This document shows positions 34,332-44,330 of a stretch of DNA of 53,972 nt, in pieces. The stretch covers positions 1 to 53,972 of the forward strand of contig JBAZVA010000003.1 in assembly GCA_041661165.1 (NCBI GenBank), in the 5' to 3' direction. Both the position numbers and the translations under genes were made by a program. This DNA comes from Candidatus Woesearchaeota archaeon. GTDB taxonomy: Archaea; Nanobdellota; Nanobdellia; Woesearchaeales; JBAZVA01. Under the pieces are notes generated by a model that was not told the DNA's origin, did no database searches, and was given only the letters and a program-made list of their open reading frames with translations. The stretch's first letter is position 1, and each line of letters opens with the position of its first letter.

Positions 34332-36332
34332 ATGGTAAAAAAAGAGATAGATTATGCGTGGGAGAAGCAAGTATATGATCCATTGCCAGAGAAAGATATA
34401 AATTCTTGGCAGACTAAAACAGGTACAATCATTCTAACAAGAAATCCTGATGGTACTGCAAAGTTAGTCAAATTCCAGCTGTTAGTAGACAACCCCTATC
34501 AAGAAATTTTTCTGTTATGCAATGGAAGTAATTGGCAGAAAAATGATTCTTTCAAATTTGTGTCTGATCAATATTCAGTTTATTACACTTTAGAAACTGA
34601 TAAAATAAAACATAATGAAGAGTTTCTTTTGTTAATTAATAATATTCAAAGAAAAGATCCGGCGTGTTACTTCTTTGCAAAAAATGGAAATTGCTTATTT
34701 TATGATTTTGATGACCCTAAATGTTACAAAATGAAATATGAAAAACAAAATCCTATTGAAAAATCATTAAAGATTTTGCAGACTGATGTTTTAGGATTTA
34801 TTTATCATTGGAAATCAAAGCATGAAGAAAAATATGGAAAAAATGTTCCAAGAGATACAACGTTCAAATTTATGGTTGAATCAGGAATTCTTGAATTTGT
34901 AAAAGAATTAGGTTTTAATGCAATACAATTTTTACCAATAGCACAATCTATTGATGGAGACAATTGGAAATTTAGATATTTGGTTGTGTATCATTATGCA
35001 ACAAATAATATTTATGGAACACCCGATGATTTTGCAAAATTTGTCGATGAATGTCATAGACTTGGAATTTCAGTAATTGATGATGTTGTTTTAGGTCACA
35101 TGCCTGATAGAGATTATTCCGTATTTGGAAAAATTGGTGACCTTCATTTGTGGTACAACAGGTTTGGATTTCAATCTTTTATGGATGAAGAGACTTTGTG
35201 GGGTACAAGAAGACCAAATTTTAAAAATCCATATTTACGAAGATATTTAGTTGACAGTTGTATTCATTTTATGAAACATTTTAGAATTGATGGATTTAGA
35301 ATTGATAATGTTGATGGAATTTTACGTTTTGGTCCTGCAGGTGACGGTGATGATAGGCCAGGTGGACGAGATTTCTTACGAGAACTTGCAAGAGAACTTT
35401 ATACATACAATAGATATTGTTTAATTTCGTATGAAGCTCATTTTTTCTATGAAGACAATGCACGAATGTTAGTTGCGCCACTTGATAATTTTGGACGCGC
35501 ACTTGGTGGAACTGCGTATAACGAGAGTAGAGTTACTTATTATCTTCACAAAGATTATATGTTAAAAACGGCAAAGGAAATTACAATTTGGAGATTTAAA
35601 CATATTTCAGAAGAAAAAGAATGGGGAAAATCAAATTCTTGTATTGCGGATTTTCATAATCACGATGCTGCGGCAGGTTTAATGCACGGAAGAGCAACAG
35701 GTGCGTATGCGTATGTTTGTATGACTTTAAAAAATCCATCGCTACATAAATTTGCGGCCGGGAAAATAAAAATAATGGATGCATTAATTTGTTTTTATAT
35801 GGAAGGAAGAAATTTGGATTTAATGCAAAGTTTTCTTTTGCAGCAGGGAACATTCGAGCACGATACAGGAATTACATGGGGTGCTGTATTTGAAAATAAT
35901 GATGTAAAACGAATGCAGAATTTCAAGAAAGATATAAATAAAGTCATGGACGAAAGAGCATTCTGGCCGATAAACAATCATACGAGAAAATATATTAACG
36001 TTGATGATAATTGTAAAGTTCTTGCAATTACGAGATATGATGATTCTGTTTCAAACGATAATTCAGACGGAAATAAATCTGGTGACAAGTACATTGTAGT
36101 TACAAATTTGTCTGACTACGAACATAGTGCATATTGTCTTGGCGTAGAAGATGAAGGGGAATATGTTTGCGTTTTTAATTCCGACGAATTAAAATACGGT
36201 GGAACTTGCACAACAAGATATTATTCTCCACTAAAAACAAGACCTACAAACAAGTTTGAATTTTTTTCAAAAGAACTTGATTTAGGAACAATTGCACCTT
36301 ACGAAGTGCTTGTTTTGAAATTAAAGAAATAA
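34332..36332 (+). CDS. GH13 alpha-amylase-family enzyme (glucan branching-enzyme-like)
   Basis: GFNAIQFLPI, DDVVLGHM, GFRIDNVDG (nucleophile region), FHNHD. Confidence 0.75.
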   Translation: MVKKEIDYAWEKQVYDPLPEKDINSWQTKTGTIILTRNPDGTAKLVKFQLLVDNPYQEIFLLCNGSNWQKNDSFKFVSDQYSVYYTLETDKIKHNEEFLLLINNIQRKDPACYFFAKNGNCLFYDFDDPKCYKMKYEKQNPIEKSLKILQTDVLGFIYHWKSKHEEKYGKNVPRDTTFKFMVESGILEFVKELGFNAIQFLPIAQSIDGDNWKFRYLVVYHYATNNIYGTPDDFAKFVDECHRLGISVIDDVVLGHMPDRDYSVFGKIGDLHLWYNRFGFQSFMDEETLWGTRRPNFKNPYLRRYLVDSCIHFMKHFRIDGFRIDNVDGILRFGPAGDGDDRPGGRDFLRELARELYTYNRYCLISYEAHFFYEDNARMLVAPLDNFGRALGGTAYNESRVTYYLHKDYMLKTAKEITIWRFKHISEEKEWGKSNSCIADFHNHDAAAGLMHGRATGAYAYVCMTLKNPSLHKFAAGKIKIMDALICFYMEGRNLDLMQSFLLQQGTFEHDTGITWGAVFENNDVKRMQNFKKDINKVMDERAFWPINNHTRKYINVDDNCKVLAITRYDDSVSNDNSDGNKSGDKYIVVTNLSDYEHSAYCLGVEDEGEYVCVFNSDELKYGGTCTTRYYSPLKTRPTNKFEFFSKELDLGTIAPYEVLVLKLKK

Positions 36333-36333
36333 A

Positions 36334-36414
36334 TGTAGTAGTTAAATAATAAATTGTAGTGGTTAAATGATATTGTATTATATATATTTAAGACGATGAA
36401 TGTAGTGGTTAAAA
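36334..36414 (+). promoter_or_regulatory. Three copies of the 14-nt box TGTAGTRGTTAAAW around a TATA-like element
   Basis: 36334-36347, 36355-36368 and 36401-36414. TATATATTTA at 36381-36390. The third box abuts ATG 36414. Confidence 0.5.
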
Positions 36415-37082
36415 TGAAACTATTAAAAAAAGACGATCGTATCAATACTGATAAGCCAATAATTGCAACAACTTTGTCAGGGCTATTTGTAAAATCTTCT
36501 CCTTGGAAAAAAGCACATAAATTATGGTTTGATTTTGTCGCACACGAACTTAATGATGAAAGTATAAAAGAGTGGATGCATAGAAAAGATTATTTCAAAG
36601 GCGTAGATATTGCGATGAAAAAATTGTATCCGAAAAAGTCAAACGACGAAAGAACAAAAATTGCAAGAACGTTATACTTTAATTGTGTTTTCTCATATAT
36701 CAGATTTAACAAAGACAAATTAATCAATAAAGATGTGATTTCATATTTTCTCTCTATTAAAAAGAAATATAGAATTGCACTTGTTTCAACAAATTCGAGT
36801 GAACATATAAAAGAGTTGTTATCAATTATTGATATATCTGATTTTTTTGACATAATTGAGTGTTCTAAACCTGAAGAAAAGGATGACAAAATAAAAGTAT
36901 TTTCAAGATTTCTGAAAAAATATAAAAAACCCGCGATTTATATTGGTGGGGATAGAAAAGATACTTACGAATTCTGTAAGAAACACAAAATTAACTATGT
37001 TTTTGCAAATTTTGAAAATGCAGACATATTACCCAAAACAAAATTCGTGTCTAATTTGAACGAATTAAAGAAATTATTGTAA
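36396..37082 (+). CDS. HAD-fold-like protein lacking the canonical DxD nucleophile motif
   Basis: LVSTNSS (motif II-like) and IGGDRKD (motif IV-like), but motif I reads IIATTLSG. The start may be ATG 36414. Confidence 0.45.
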   Translation: MNVVVKMKLLKKDDRINTDKPIIATTLSGLFVKSSPWKKAHKLWFDFVAHELNDESIKEWMHRKDYFKGVDIAMKKLYPKKSNDERTKIARTLYFNCVFSYIRFNKDKLINKDVISYFLSIKKKYRIALVSTNSSEHIKELLSIIDISDFFDIIECSKPEEKDDKIKVFSRFLKKYKKPAIYIGGDRKDTYEFCKKHKINYVFANFENADILPKTKFVSNLNELKKLL

Positions 37083-37151
37083 CTAAATTATTAAGTTATT
37101 ACATCATAATGACGACTCGTCTTTAAATATTATTTAGATTTTCTATATACT

Positions 37152-38303
37152 ATGGTTTGGGAAGGTGAACATAGAAAGGTAATTATAGAACTAAAAGATA
37201 TAAGAAAATCTTTCGGTAAAAAAGAAGTTTTAAAAGGGATTTCTCTTTCTGTAGAACATAATAAGATTATTGGTCTTATTGGAAAATCTGGTAGCGGAAA
37301 GACTGTTTTACTTAATATTCTAATTGGAAATCTTTCATACGATTCCGGCGAAATATTTGTAAATGTATCACATAAAAATATTAAATCTATTTTTGGATTT
37401 TCAGTACAAAATAATAGTTTTTATGAAGAACTTACACTAAAAGAAAATTTAGATTATTTTGGGGCACTTTATAATCTTTCAGAAAACGAGATTAATCATC
37501 GTTCAAAGATATTATTCGAACTTCTTGATTTAGAACTTGACATAGATGAAAAAGTGAAAAATCTTTCTGGCGGAATGAAAAAAAGATTTGATTTTTGTTG
37601 TGCACTTTTGCACGATCCTGAAATTCTTATTTTAGATGAGCCTACAACAGGACTTGATCCGTTAAGACGAGCACAATTATTAAAGGTTATAGAAAATATA
37701 AAAGAAGCAGGTACAACTGTTATTATGTCAACTCATTTTTTAGATGAAATAGAGTATCTTTGTGATAAGGTGCTTGTTTTAGAATCTGGAGAAATCATAG
37801 AAGATAGATCTCCTAAAACTATAATTGAAAGTTATGGCGAAAATGAAAAAATTATATTAAAAACATATCCGGGAAATTATTCTCATATTATTAAAAAACT
37901 TAATCATATTCATTTGCTTCATGCTTATATTAAACAAAATGAGATAATAATTTTGACTCCGAAAAGTGAAGTAGTTCTGAAATATTTACTTAATAGACTT
38001 AAATATTTGGGAGAACAAGTTGTTTCTGTCGAGATAAAAAAACCCACATTAGACGAAGTTTTTCAGAAAGGTTTTAAACATCATACAAACGAAATGAAAA
38101 ACTATTTGTTCGGATTAAAAGAAGCGATAGATAAAATGATTAAATCAAAATATTCTGATGCGAAGATTCGTCAAGTGTTAATGGATCATGGTTGGCCAGA
38201 AGAAATACTTGATAATATAATTGCAAAAGAAGAGTTAAGCGAGCATAATAACTCAAAAGAACAAAGTAACTTAGAAAAACAAAAAGAATTGAAAGGGGAC
38301 TAA
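37152..38303 (+). CDS. ABC transporter ATP-binding protein with a C-terminal extension
   Basis: GKSGSGKT (Walker A), LSGGMKKR (signature), ILILDEPTTGLD (Walker B). Confidence 0.9.
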   Translation: MVWEGEHRKVIIELKDIRKSFGKKEVLKGISLSVEHNKIIGLIGKSGSGKTVLLNILIGNLSYDSGEIFVNVSHKNIKSIFGFSVQNNSFYEELTLKENLDYFGALYNLSENEINHRSKILFELLDLELDIDEKVKNLSGGMKKRFDFCCALLHDPEILILDEPTTGLDPLRRAQLLKVIENIKEAGTTVIMSTHFLDEIEYLCDKVLVLESGEIIEDRSPKTIIESYGENEKIILKTYPGNYSHIIKKLNHIHLLHAYIKQNEIIILTPKSEVVLKYLLNRLKYLGEQVVSVEIKKPTLDEVFQKGFKHHTNEMKNYLFGLKEAIDKMIKSKYSDAKIRQVLMDHGWPEEILDNIIAKEELSEHNNSKEQSNLEKQKELKGD

Positions 38304-38306
38304 TTT

Positions 38307-40220
38307 ATGTTTTTTCGCGCATTTTTGGCACAAATAAAAAAGAATATTCTTTCTATATTTAGAAATAAAATCTCTTTTCTACTAATTCTTCTTGCGCCAT
38401 TGTTTATTTTATTCTTAGTTGCAAATTTATTTTTAAGTTATGAATTTACTTCTTTGAAAGTTGGTTATGTATTAACAGATGATGTAAATGCAACTTCTTT
38501 TGTGAATATATTAAAGGAACAAAAAGAAACAACTTTGTATCAGTTTGCAGATGTTGATACTTGTGTTGCAAATGTTAAATATGGTGCAATAAAATCCTGT
38601 TTAGAATTTAGAAATACTGAAGATGATAAACCTAAATTGGTTTTTCATGTGGATTATTCAGAAATGAATTTGGTATATCTCATAATTAATCATATTACTA
38701 ATAAATTTAATGACGAATCTAGTCAAATGCGTCTTTTGGTTATAGAACAAATGTTTAGCCAAATGTCAAAAATTAGCGAAGAATTCTCAAAGAATAGTAA
38801 AAATGTTAAACTTATGAATTTACAAATATCAGAATTACAAACAGCTTTGGATAATTTATCTTCTTCACTTGACAATAAAATATCATTCGATATGTCTTTT
38901 GATTTAGGTTCGTTTGAAGATACTATTTCTGAAGCTAAAGATGATATGTCTGATTTTGGAAATACTAATAAAAAAATGTATCAAGATAATGTTAATTCTC
39001 TTGATTCTTTTAAAGAATCTATAATTGAACTACGTAATGTGACTATTCAGGAAAAAAAATACCTTGATAACATGTATATGTCTCCGGTAGGAGAGGATTG
39101 TCATTCAGTAGACATTTTTAATGCGTATGATGACTATCTAAATACAGGCGATGTCGAATATTTAAAACAAAAGTATATGTACTGTGAATGTTACGCCGAA
39201 TTTGAAGGTTCTCTTGAAAATTTTTCAAGTGATGCGGATGATTTGATAGATATTTATGATGAAATGCTTTTAGAAACAGAGCGTGCAAAAGGTAGTGCTT
39301 ATAATACGTACATGTCAATAGCAAGTACCTTAGATTCACAAAACTCTAAGTTTGATTCTGCAGATAAATCTATTCGTACTGCTAAAAAACAAATTTCTAA
39401 ATTGGCTAATCAGGCAGACTCTATTAACGATGATAAAGAACAGCTAAAAGATAAATTACGAGATATTTCTAATGGTGTTGGTGCGTCAAAGAAAAAATTA
39501 GGAGAATTGCAGTTTGGATTTGATAAAGTTAATCGGGAACTTAATAAAACATTAGATTTTGATGTTTCAAATGTAAATACTCCTTTACAATTTAGTATGA
39601 AATCTATATACGAACCAAAAAATAAATTTATTTTCTATTTTCCTATGTTATTTTTCTTACTTGTAATGTTTATTTCTATATTATTTTCAACAACTTTTGT
39701 AAATAATGAAATAAAATCACTTGGGCGTTTTAGAACGAATATTTCTCCGGCGGATTTTCTTGTTCGTGAATTAGGAACTTTTGTTTCTTTGTTTTTAATA
39801 GTTTTTGTACAAGGAATAATATTGTTGATGATTTGTAAATTTTTATATCAAATAGATATTTTTTCAAGTATTATTCCTATACTATTAATTTTGATACTTG
39901 GTATTTCAATATTTGTTCTTCTTGGTATGATTATTGGATATATGATTAAAAAAGAAGAAATATCGATTCTTTTCTCTATATCAGTTATGGTTCTTTTATT
40001 GTTTTATTCTTCTTTTTTAAAACCGATTGAAACAATAAATATTTCATATCAGTATATTATTGTAAATAATCCTTTTGTTATTTGTATAGATCTGTTTAGA
40101 CGAGTTCTTTTCTTTAATATGCAATTAACACAATATGGTAGTAGAATGATTACTTTATTATTAGAAATAATTGCTCTTGCTGCAATATATGCCTTTCTTG
40201 TAAAACTACTTAAAAGATGA
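38307..40220 (+). CDS. ABC-2 type permease with a large extracytoplasmic coiled-coil loop (YhgE/Pip-like architecture)
   Basis: One N-terminal TM helix, a ~400-aa polar coiled-coil-like domain, then five C-terminal TM helices. Starts 3 nt after the ATPase gene. Confidence 0.7.
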   Translation: MFFRAFLAQIKKNILSIFRNKISFLLILLAPLFILFLVANLFLSYEFTSLKVGYVLTDDVNATSFVNILKEQKETTLYQFADVDTCVANVKYGAIKSCLEFRNTEDDKPKLVFHVDYSEMNLVYLIINHITNKFNDESSQMRLLVIEQMFSQMSKISEEFSKNSKNVKLMNLQISELQTALDNLSSSLDNKISFDMSFDLGSFEDTISEAKDDMSDFGNTNKKMYQDNVNSLDSFKESIIELRNVTIQEKKYLDNMYMSPVGEDCHSVDIFNAYDDYLNTGDVEYLKQKYMYCECYAEFEGSLENFSSDADDLIDIYDEMLLETERAKGSAYNTYMSIASTLDSQNSKFDSADKSIRTAKKQISKLANQADSINDDKEQLKDKLRDISNGVGASKKKLGELQFGFDKVNRELNKTLDFDVSNVNTPLQFSMKSIYEPKNKFIFYFPMLFFLLVMFISILFSTTFVNNEIKSLGRFRTNISPADFLVRELGTFVSLFLIVFVQGIILLMICKFLYQIDIFSSIIPILLILILGISIFVLLGMIIGYMIKKEEISILFSISVMVLLLFYSSFLKPIETINISYQYIIVNNPFVICIDLFRRVLFFNMQLTQYGSRMITLLLEIIALAAIYAFLVKLLKR

Positions 40221-40321
40221 TGATTAATAATTTTAAAACATATTAGTGATTAATCTTTTAAAAAAATAAGACTAATATGACTTAAAAAATAAAAGAATTA
40301 TAATAAAAAATTAAAAATAAT

Positions 40322-42145
40322 TTATTTAATCAAAGGAACTTTCTTTGAAAAAGTATCTTTTCCAATTTTTGCATTTACTATATAAATTCCATTTGCTAAT
40401 GGTTTATTTATATTAACTGCATTTGGTCCTTTATTTGCCATTCCATTTTGTGAATATATTGTTCTTCCGGCAACATCAACTATTTTAATAGAAGTAGGTA
40501 GATTATTTTCAGCTAAATATTCTATTCTTATTCCGTTATTTGATTGATAACATCTTGAAAGTTCTGTTTTTGGTAATGCTAAATTTTCCTTTGAAACTCC
40601 TGTGTTACTTGGAACAGTTACAATAAATGAGTTTTTATATGCTCCTGCGAATTGATCATTGTAATATGTTGAATCATTACATAATCTATATATTTTATCC
40701 ATGTTTTTTTCAGCTTCTTGTCCGATTATTAATATTGCATCAAAAAAGCCATCTTCTTTTGAAATCATAAAGAAACCAGCTTGATTATTATACATTGATT
40801 TTCCAAGGTCAACTATTTGTTTATTTGAACTTTTTAGTGCATCTTCAAGAGCTATACAAACAAGATTTTCAGTGTGTCTTGGTGTTATTATTCCAGTATC
40901 TGATTTTACATCTGAATCAATATCTAATAGATCAATTAATTTTGAAAAATTTTCAGAATTAATTCCATTAAATGATAATGAGTTTGAAAAATATTTTTTA
41001 GATGGAATAATTGTTTCTTCTGAGTTCATTTGATAAAATAAATCATTCAAATTACGAGGAATATCTCTATCATATATGTCTACATTTTGTTCTACTCTTG
41101 CAAGCGTATCATTTCCATCCACATAAATTGATATTATATCAGTAGTTGCATCTTTTGTCGAATCTGATGTGAATTTATAACCAAATCCTACTTCCTCGTT
41201 TGATTTTAATTTTCCTAAAGATAGTCTTGATGTTTTTGTTTTTATTGGTAATTTTACAACTTCAATTAATGCAGAAGTAGTTGGAATTGTAGTTATATAT
41301 AATGATTTTATTAAAACATCTTGTCCACCAATAGTGTAAGTGTTTCCTTCAGACACCGTTTTTTGAGTTGAGCCAATTTTTAATATTGCATTATGGTTGT
41401 CTGCATTTGCTCCAAGTAGTGTGTATTCTTTTCCATCGATATTAATTGTTTCTCCTAATTCTATAGATTTACTTCCTGTTTGTTCTGTAACAATAACCTC
41501 TAGGTTTGGTATGTCTTTAGTACCAAGATTAATCATACTATGCGATACATTTCTTTTAGAAAATTTTTTAACGCTATTATTTTCATTAACGTAACTAGGT
41601 AATAATAATGAATTTTTTAAATTAAATTCAACAACAGTATATACTGTATCTGATCTATTGCCATTATTATCAACAGACCATATAGGAATAATTTTTGTAG
41701 TATCTTTTAATAATACATCATTAGATGAAATATATCTTTTTGAAATAAATTCTTCTGTTAAAACGCTATCATTTGGATTAAAAGAATAAACTGTCCAATT
41801 TGCATCATTATTAAATAATGATATTTGTTCTAAATTTATAATGTCTGAGTTAAATTCTTTAATTGTCATGTTTGAAGGCATAGTCATATTACTTGTTGAT
41901 GAACCATTTTGTGCATATACTCCAAAAATTCCTGCTGTGTCTTTTGCAGTTACATTTGGAATTCTAAAATTTCCCATATCTACTCTGATTGTTTCAGGTG
42001 CAGTCACAACTGGTTTGATTGTATCATTTGGATTTTTTGGAGGGTAATTACTTCCACATAAATATCCTTGTGCTAAACTAGCAAGTAATGCAGTAGTTAA
42101 TCCTGCTTTTATTAGTGTATTTTTTAAATTTAATTTTTTCATCAT
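40322..42145 (-). CDS. Secreted surface protein with a T9SS-type (Por_Secre_tail-like) C-terminal beta-sandwich domain
   Basis: N-terminal signal peptide. C-terminus IKIVDVAGRTIYSQNGMANKGPNAVNINKPLANGIYIVNAKIGKDTFSKKVPLIK fits the T9SS type A sorting-domain pattern. Confidence 0.65.
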   Translation of the reverse strand: MMKKLNLKNTLIKAGLTTALLASLAQGYLCGSNYPPKNPNDTIKPVVTAPETIRVDMGNFRIPNVTAKDTAGIFGVYAQNGSSTSNMTMPSNMTIKEFNSDIINLEQISLFNNDANWTVYSFNPNDSVLTEEFISKRYISSNDVLLKDTTKIIPIWSVDNNGNRSDTVYTVVEFNLKNSLLLPSYVNENNSVKKFSKRNVSHSMINLGTKDIPNLEVIVTEQTGSKSIELGETINIDGKEYTLLGANADNHNAILKIGSTQKTVSEGNTYTIGGQDVLIKSLYITTIPTTSALIEVVKLPIKTKTSRLSLGKLKSNEEVGFGYKFTSDSTKDATTDIISIYVDGNDTLARVEQNVDIYDRDIPRNLNDLFYQMNSEETIIPSKKYFSNSLSFNGINSENFSKLIDLLDIDSDVKSDTGIITPRHTENLVCIALEDALKSSNKQIVDLGKSMYNNQAGFFMISKEDGFFDAILIIGQEAEKNMDKIYRLCNDSTYYNDQFAGAYKNSFIVTVPSNTGVSKENLALPKTELSRCYQSNNGIRIEYLAENNLPTSIKIVDVAGRTIYSQNGMANKGPNAVNINKPLANGIYIVNAKIGKDTFSKKVPLIK

Positions 42146-42239
42146 TAATCACCAAGTTTTATTTGTAATATTTTTATTTTATTATAGTATTTTTATTTGT
42201 TATGATATTGTTTTAAGCAGCATTATTATGATGCTTATT

Positions 42240-42307
42240 TACTACTATTAAAAAATAAAAACGTCGACTATTTATAAAGATTATCATTATATCACTTAAT
42301 AGTAGTA
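42240..42307. promoter_or_regulatory. 11-bp perfect inverted repeat (TACTACTATTA/TAATAGTAGTA) bracketing a TTTATAAA box
   Basis: Arms at 42240-42250 and 42297-42307, 46-bp spacer, TATA at 42271-42278. Lies in a divergent intergenic region. Confidence 0.45.
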
Positions 42308-42310
42308 ACA

Positions 42311-42320
42311 TTTATAAATA
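42311..42320 (+). promoter_or_regulatory. TATA box (TTTATAAATA)
   Basis: Ends 22 nt upstream of ATG 42343 with no Shine-Dalgarno sequence. Confidence 0.45.
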
Positions 42321-42342
42321 CATATTCTTCAATAATTAAAGT

Positions 42343-43497
42343 ATGGATAGACGAAACTTTTTGAAAGGCATAGTTTGTGCGTCAGTTTTGGGTTTTTTTA
42401 GTCAAATTTATTCTGAAAATATATCAAAAACACCAAAATTACCTTTAGAACAAATAATTGGTGGTTTATTTATCACAGTTCCTTCAAAAGAAATTATTAG
42501 AGATTATAATATAGGCGGGATTATTTATTTTCAAATAGAAAATGGGACTTTAAATAAAACACAAGAAGAAATGAAATTGTTAAGTGATGAATATAAATTA
42601 GAATCAAAAAGAGTTTTAGAAAGTAATAAACTACTTGTTGCAATTGATCACGAAGGAGCATCAATAAACAGAATACCTTCTATTGCAAAATTAGATAATC
42701 CATCTGATGTCGGTGGAAAATATGAGCAAGCAACAACTTCTCATGAGAAAAAACAAATATTATTAGAGTTTTCTGCGACATGGCGGATGCAAGCAGAAAT
42801 ATTAAAAAGTATTGGTGTAAATTATTTGTTTGGTCCTTCTATAGATATTACTAATTCATCTTCTTTTGATCAAAGTAAGAGAAGTTATTCTTCAAACGAA
42901 GAAACAGTTAAATTATTTTCAGAGGTAGTAATAAAACAAACACGAAAACAAGGAATTTTATCTTGTATTAAACATTATCCTTCAATATATAATGGAAAAA
43001 ATATGAACAATGATGAAGGTTGGACGGATACTCACAAACAAATGGGATATGTATATGATAAGGATATTTATGATAAAGAGTTAAGGACGATAAGAGAAAT
43101 TTTATTTAAAACGTCTTTGGATTTTTCAAATCAAACTTTCTCTAATTCTATAATGATTGGTCATTTAATTGACGCATATACTAAAAAAGAGATATATAAA
43201 TCTCCTAATATTATTAGAAAACTTAAAGAAAATTTGTCAACGGGTTTTATTATCTCTGACGATATTGGGTTGTTTTTATATCATGAATATTATGATTATA
43301 CTGTTGATATTCTTTCAAATGATTGTAAAGAAATGATTACTTCTGGAGTTGATATGATTATTCAGTCAGATATTGAAATGGTTCCTAAAATAATTCGTGA
43401 TTTGGCTAAAAAAGCAACGAAAGATAAGAAATTTAAAGATAGAATTTATGATGCGTATTCTAGAGTTCAAACTGCAAAATCATATATTTCTGATTAG
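42343..43497 (+). CDS. GH3 N-terminal-domain glycosidase (NagZ / beta-hexosaminidase-like) with a twin-arginine signal
   Basis: MDRRNFLKG (Tat motif), AIDHEGASINRI (compare IDQEGG), KHYPS (compare KHFPG). Confidence 0.65.
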   Translation: MDRRNFLKGIVCASVLGFFSQIYSENISKTPKLPLEQIIGGLFITVPSKEIIRDYNIGGIIYFQIENGTLNKTQEEMKLLSDEYKLESKRVLESNKLLVAIDHEGASINRIPSIAKLDNPSDVGGKYEQATTSHEKKQILLEFSATWRMQAEILKSIGVNYLFGPSIDITNSSSFDQSKRSYSSNEETVKLFSEVVIKQTRKQGILSCIKHYPSIYNGKNMNNDEGWTDTHKQMGYVYDKDIYDKELRTIREILFKTSLDFSNQTFSNSIMIGHLIDAYTKKEIYKSPNIIRKLKENLSTGFIISDDIGLFLYHEYYDYTVDILSNDCKEMITSGVDMIIQSDIEMVPKIIRDLAKKATKDKKFKDRIYDAYSRVQTAKSYISD

Positions 43498-43538
43498 TGT
43501 TTAAAGATGGACCTTTGAGACGTCTATAGTATTAAAGT

Positions 43539-43697
43539 ACTGTCCGAAAAGTCAGGCGGCAAGCAAAACCTCGCAGAGGTGGCCAAGTGCAACGCGGCTA
43601 CATTATGCAGCAATTTAATAACTCTTTAAAATAAATGACTTTATCGGCACCATTATTTACGCGAGTACAATAAAGGCCGCTAAAGACTTCGGACAGT
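43539..43697 (+). repeat. Clamp-hairpin repeat, type A long variant, copy 11
   Basis: actgtccgaaaagtca-GGCGGCAAGCAAAACCTCGCAGAGGTGGCCAAGTGCAACGCGGCTACATTATGCAG...AATAAAGGCCGCT-aaagacttcggacagt. Confidence 0.85.
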
Positions 43698-43831
43698 GTT
43701 ATGTTATCGAAACAATTATAAACTTAGTTTTTAATTATTCTTACTATTATACTATTAATATGTTAGTTTGTTATTGCGATATACAATTATTATATTGTGA
43801 TATGTAATATTATATTAAAGAGGTACGTGAT

Positions 43832-44254
43832 ATGAAAATATTGAGTTTTTTAGTGATCATTCTAAGTCTATTTCTTTTTATTGGATGTGTAAATCCAAAT
43901 ATGCTTCCAAACGGAGTAACTATTGAAGAAGAAACAGCCAAAGATACTATGAGAATGGATCCGGTTGAGGTTCAAATAGGAATTTCTGCAACTAAAATAG
44001 ATAGTGTGAAAATTATAAACGTTGTATATGAAAATATTATTATTAATTCTTTTAAAATTGATGACGTAGAAGTATTGTCTTTGCCATTGTCTATTTTATC
44101 TGGTGATTCAAGGTCAATAACTTCTGCAAATGATATTTTGTGTACTGCGGGAGATCGTTCAAGTTATACTGTTTATGTTAATTATACAAAAGAAGGGATG
44201 AATGATGGTTATTATTTTGGTACACACGAAATAAATTTAACTTGTGCTAATTAA
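43832..44254 (+). CDS. Hypothetical lipoprotein
   Basis: Signal peptide with lipobox FIG|C. Confidence 0.5.
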   Translation: MKILSFLVIILSLFLFIGCVNPNMLPNGVTIEEETAKDTMRMDPVEVQIGISATKIDSVKIINVVYENIIINSFKIDDVEVLSLPLSILSGDSRSITSANDILCTAGDRSSYTVYVNYTKEGMNDGYYFGTHEINLTCAN

Positions 44255-44330
44255 TTTTTTTATTTTACTATCATAAAAATAAGTAAAAAAAATAAAAAAC
44301 CGGTAATTAGAATAAGAAATAATATTGTAT

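Noticed and set aside
44299-44304. Solo ACCGGT in the spacer after 43832-44254, as a possible empty site or excision footprint
   Set aside because: A single palindromic hexamer with no flanking similarity to the repeat arms is expected by chance.
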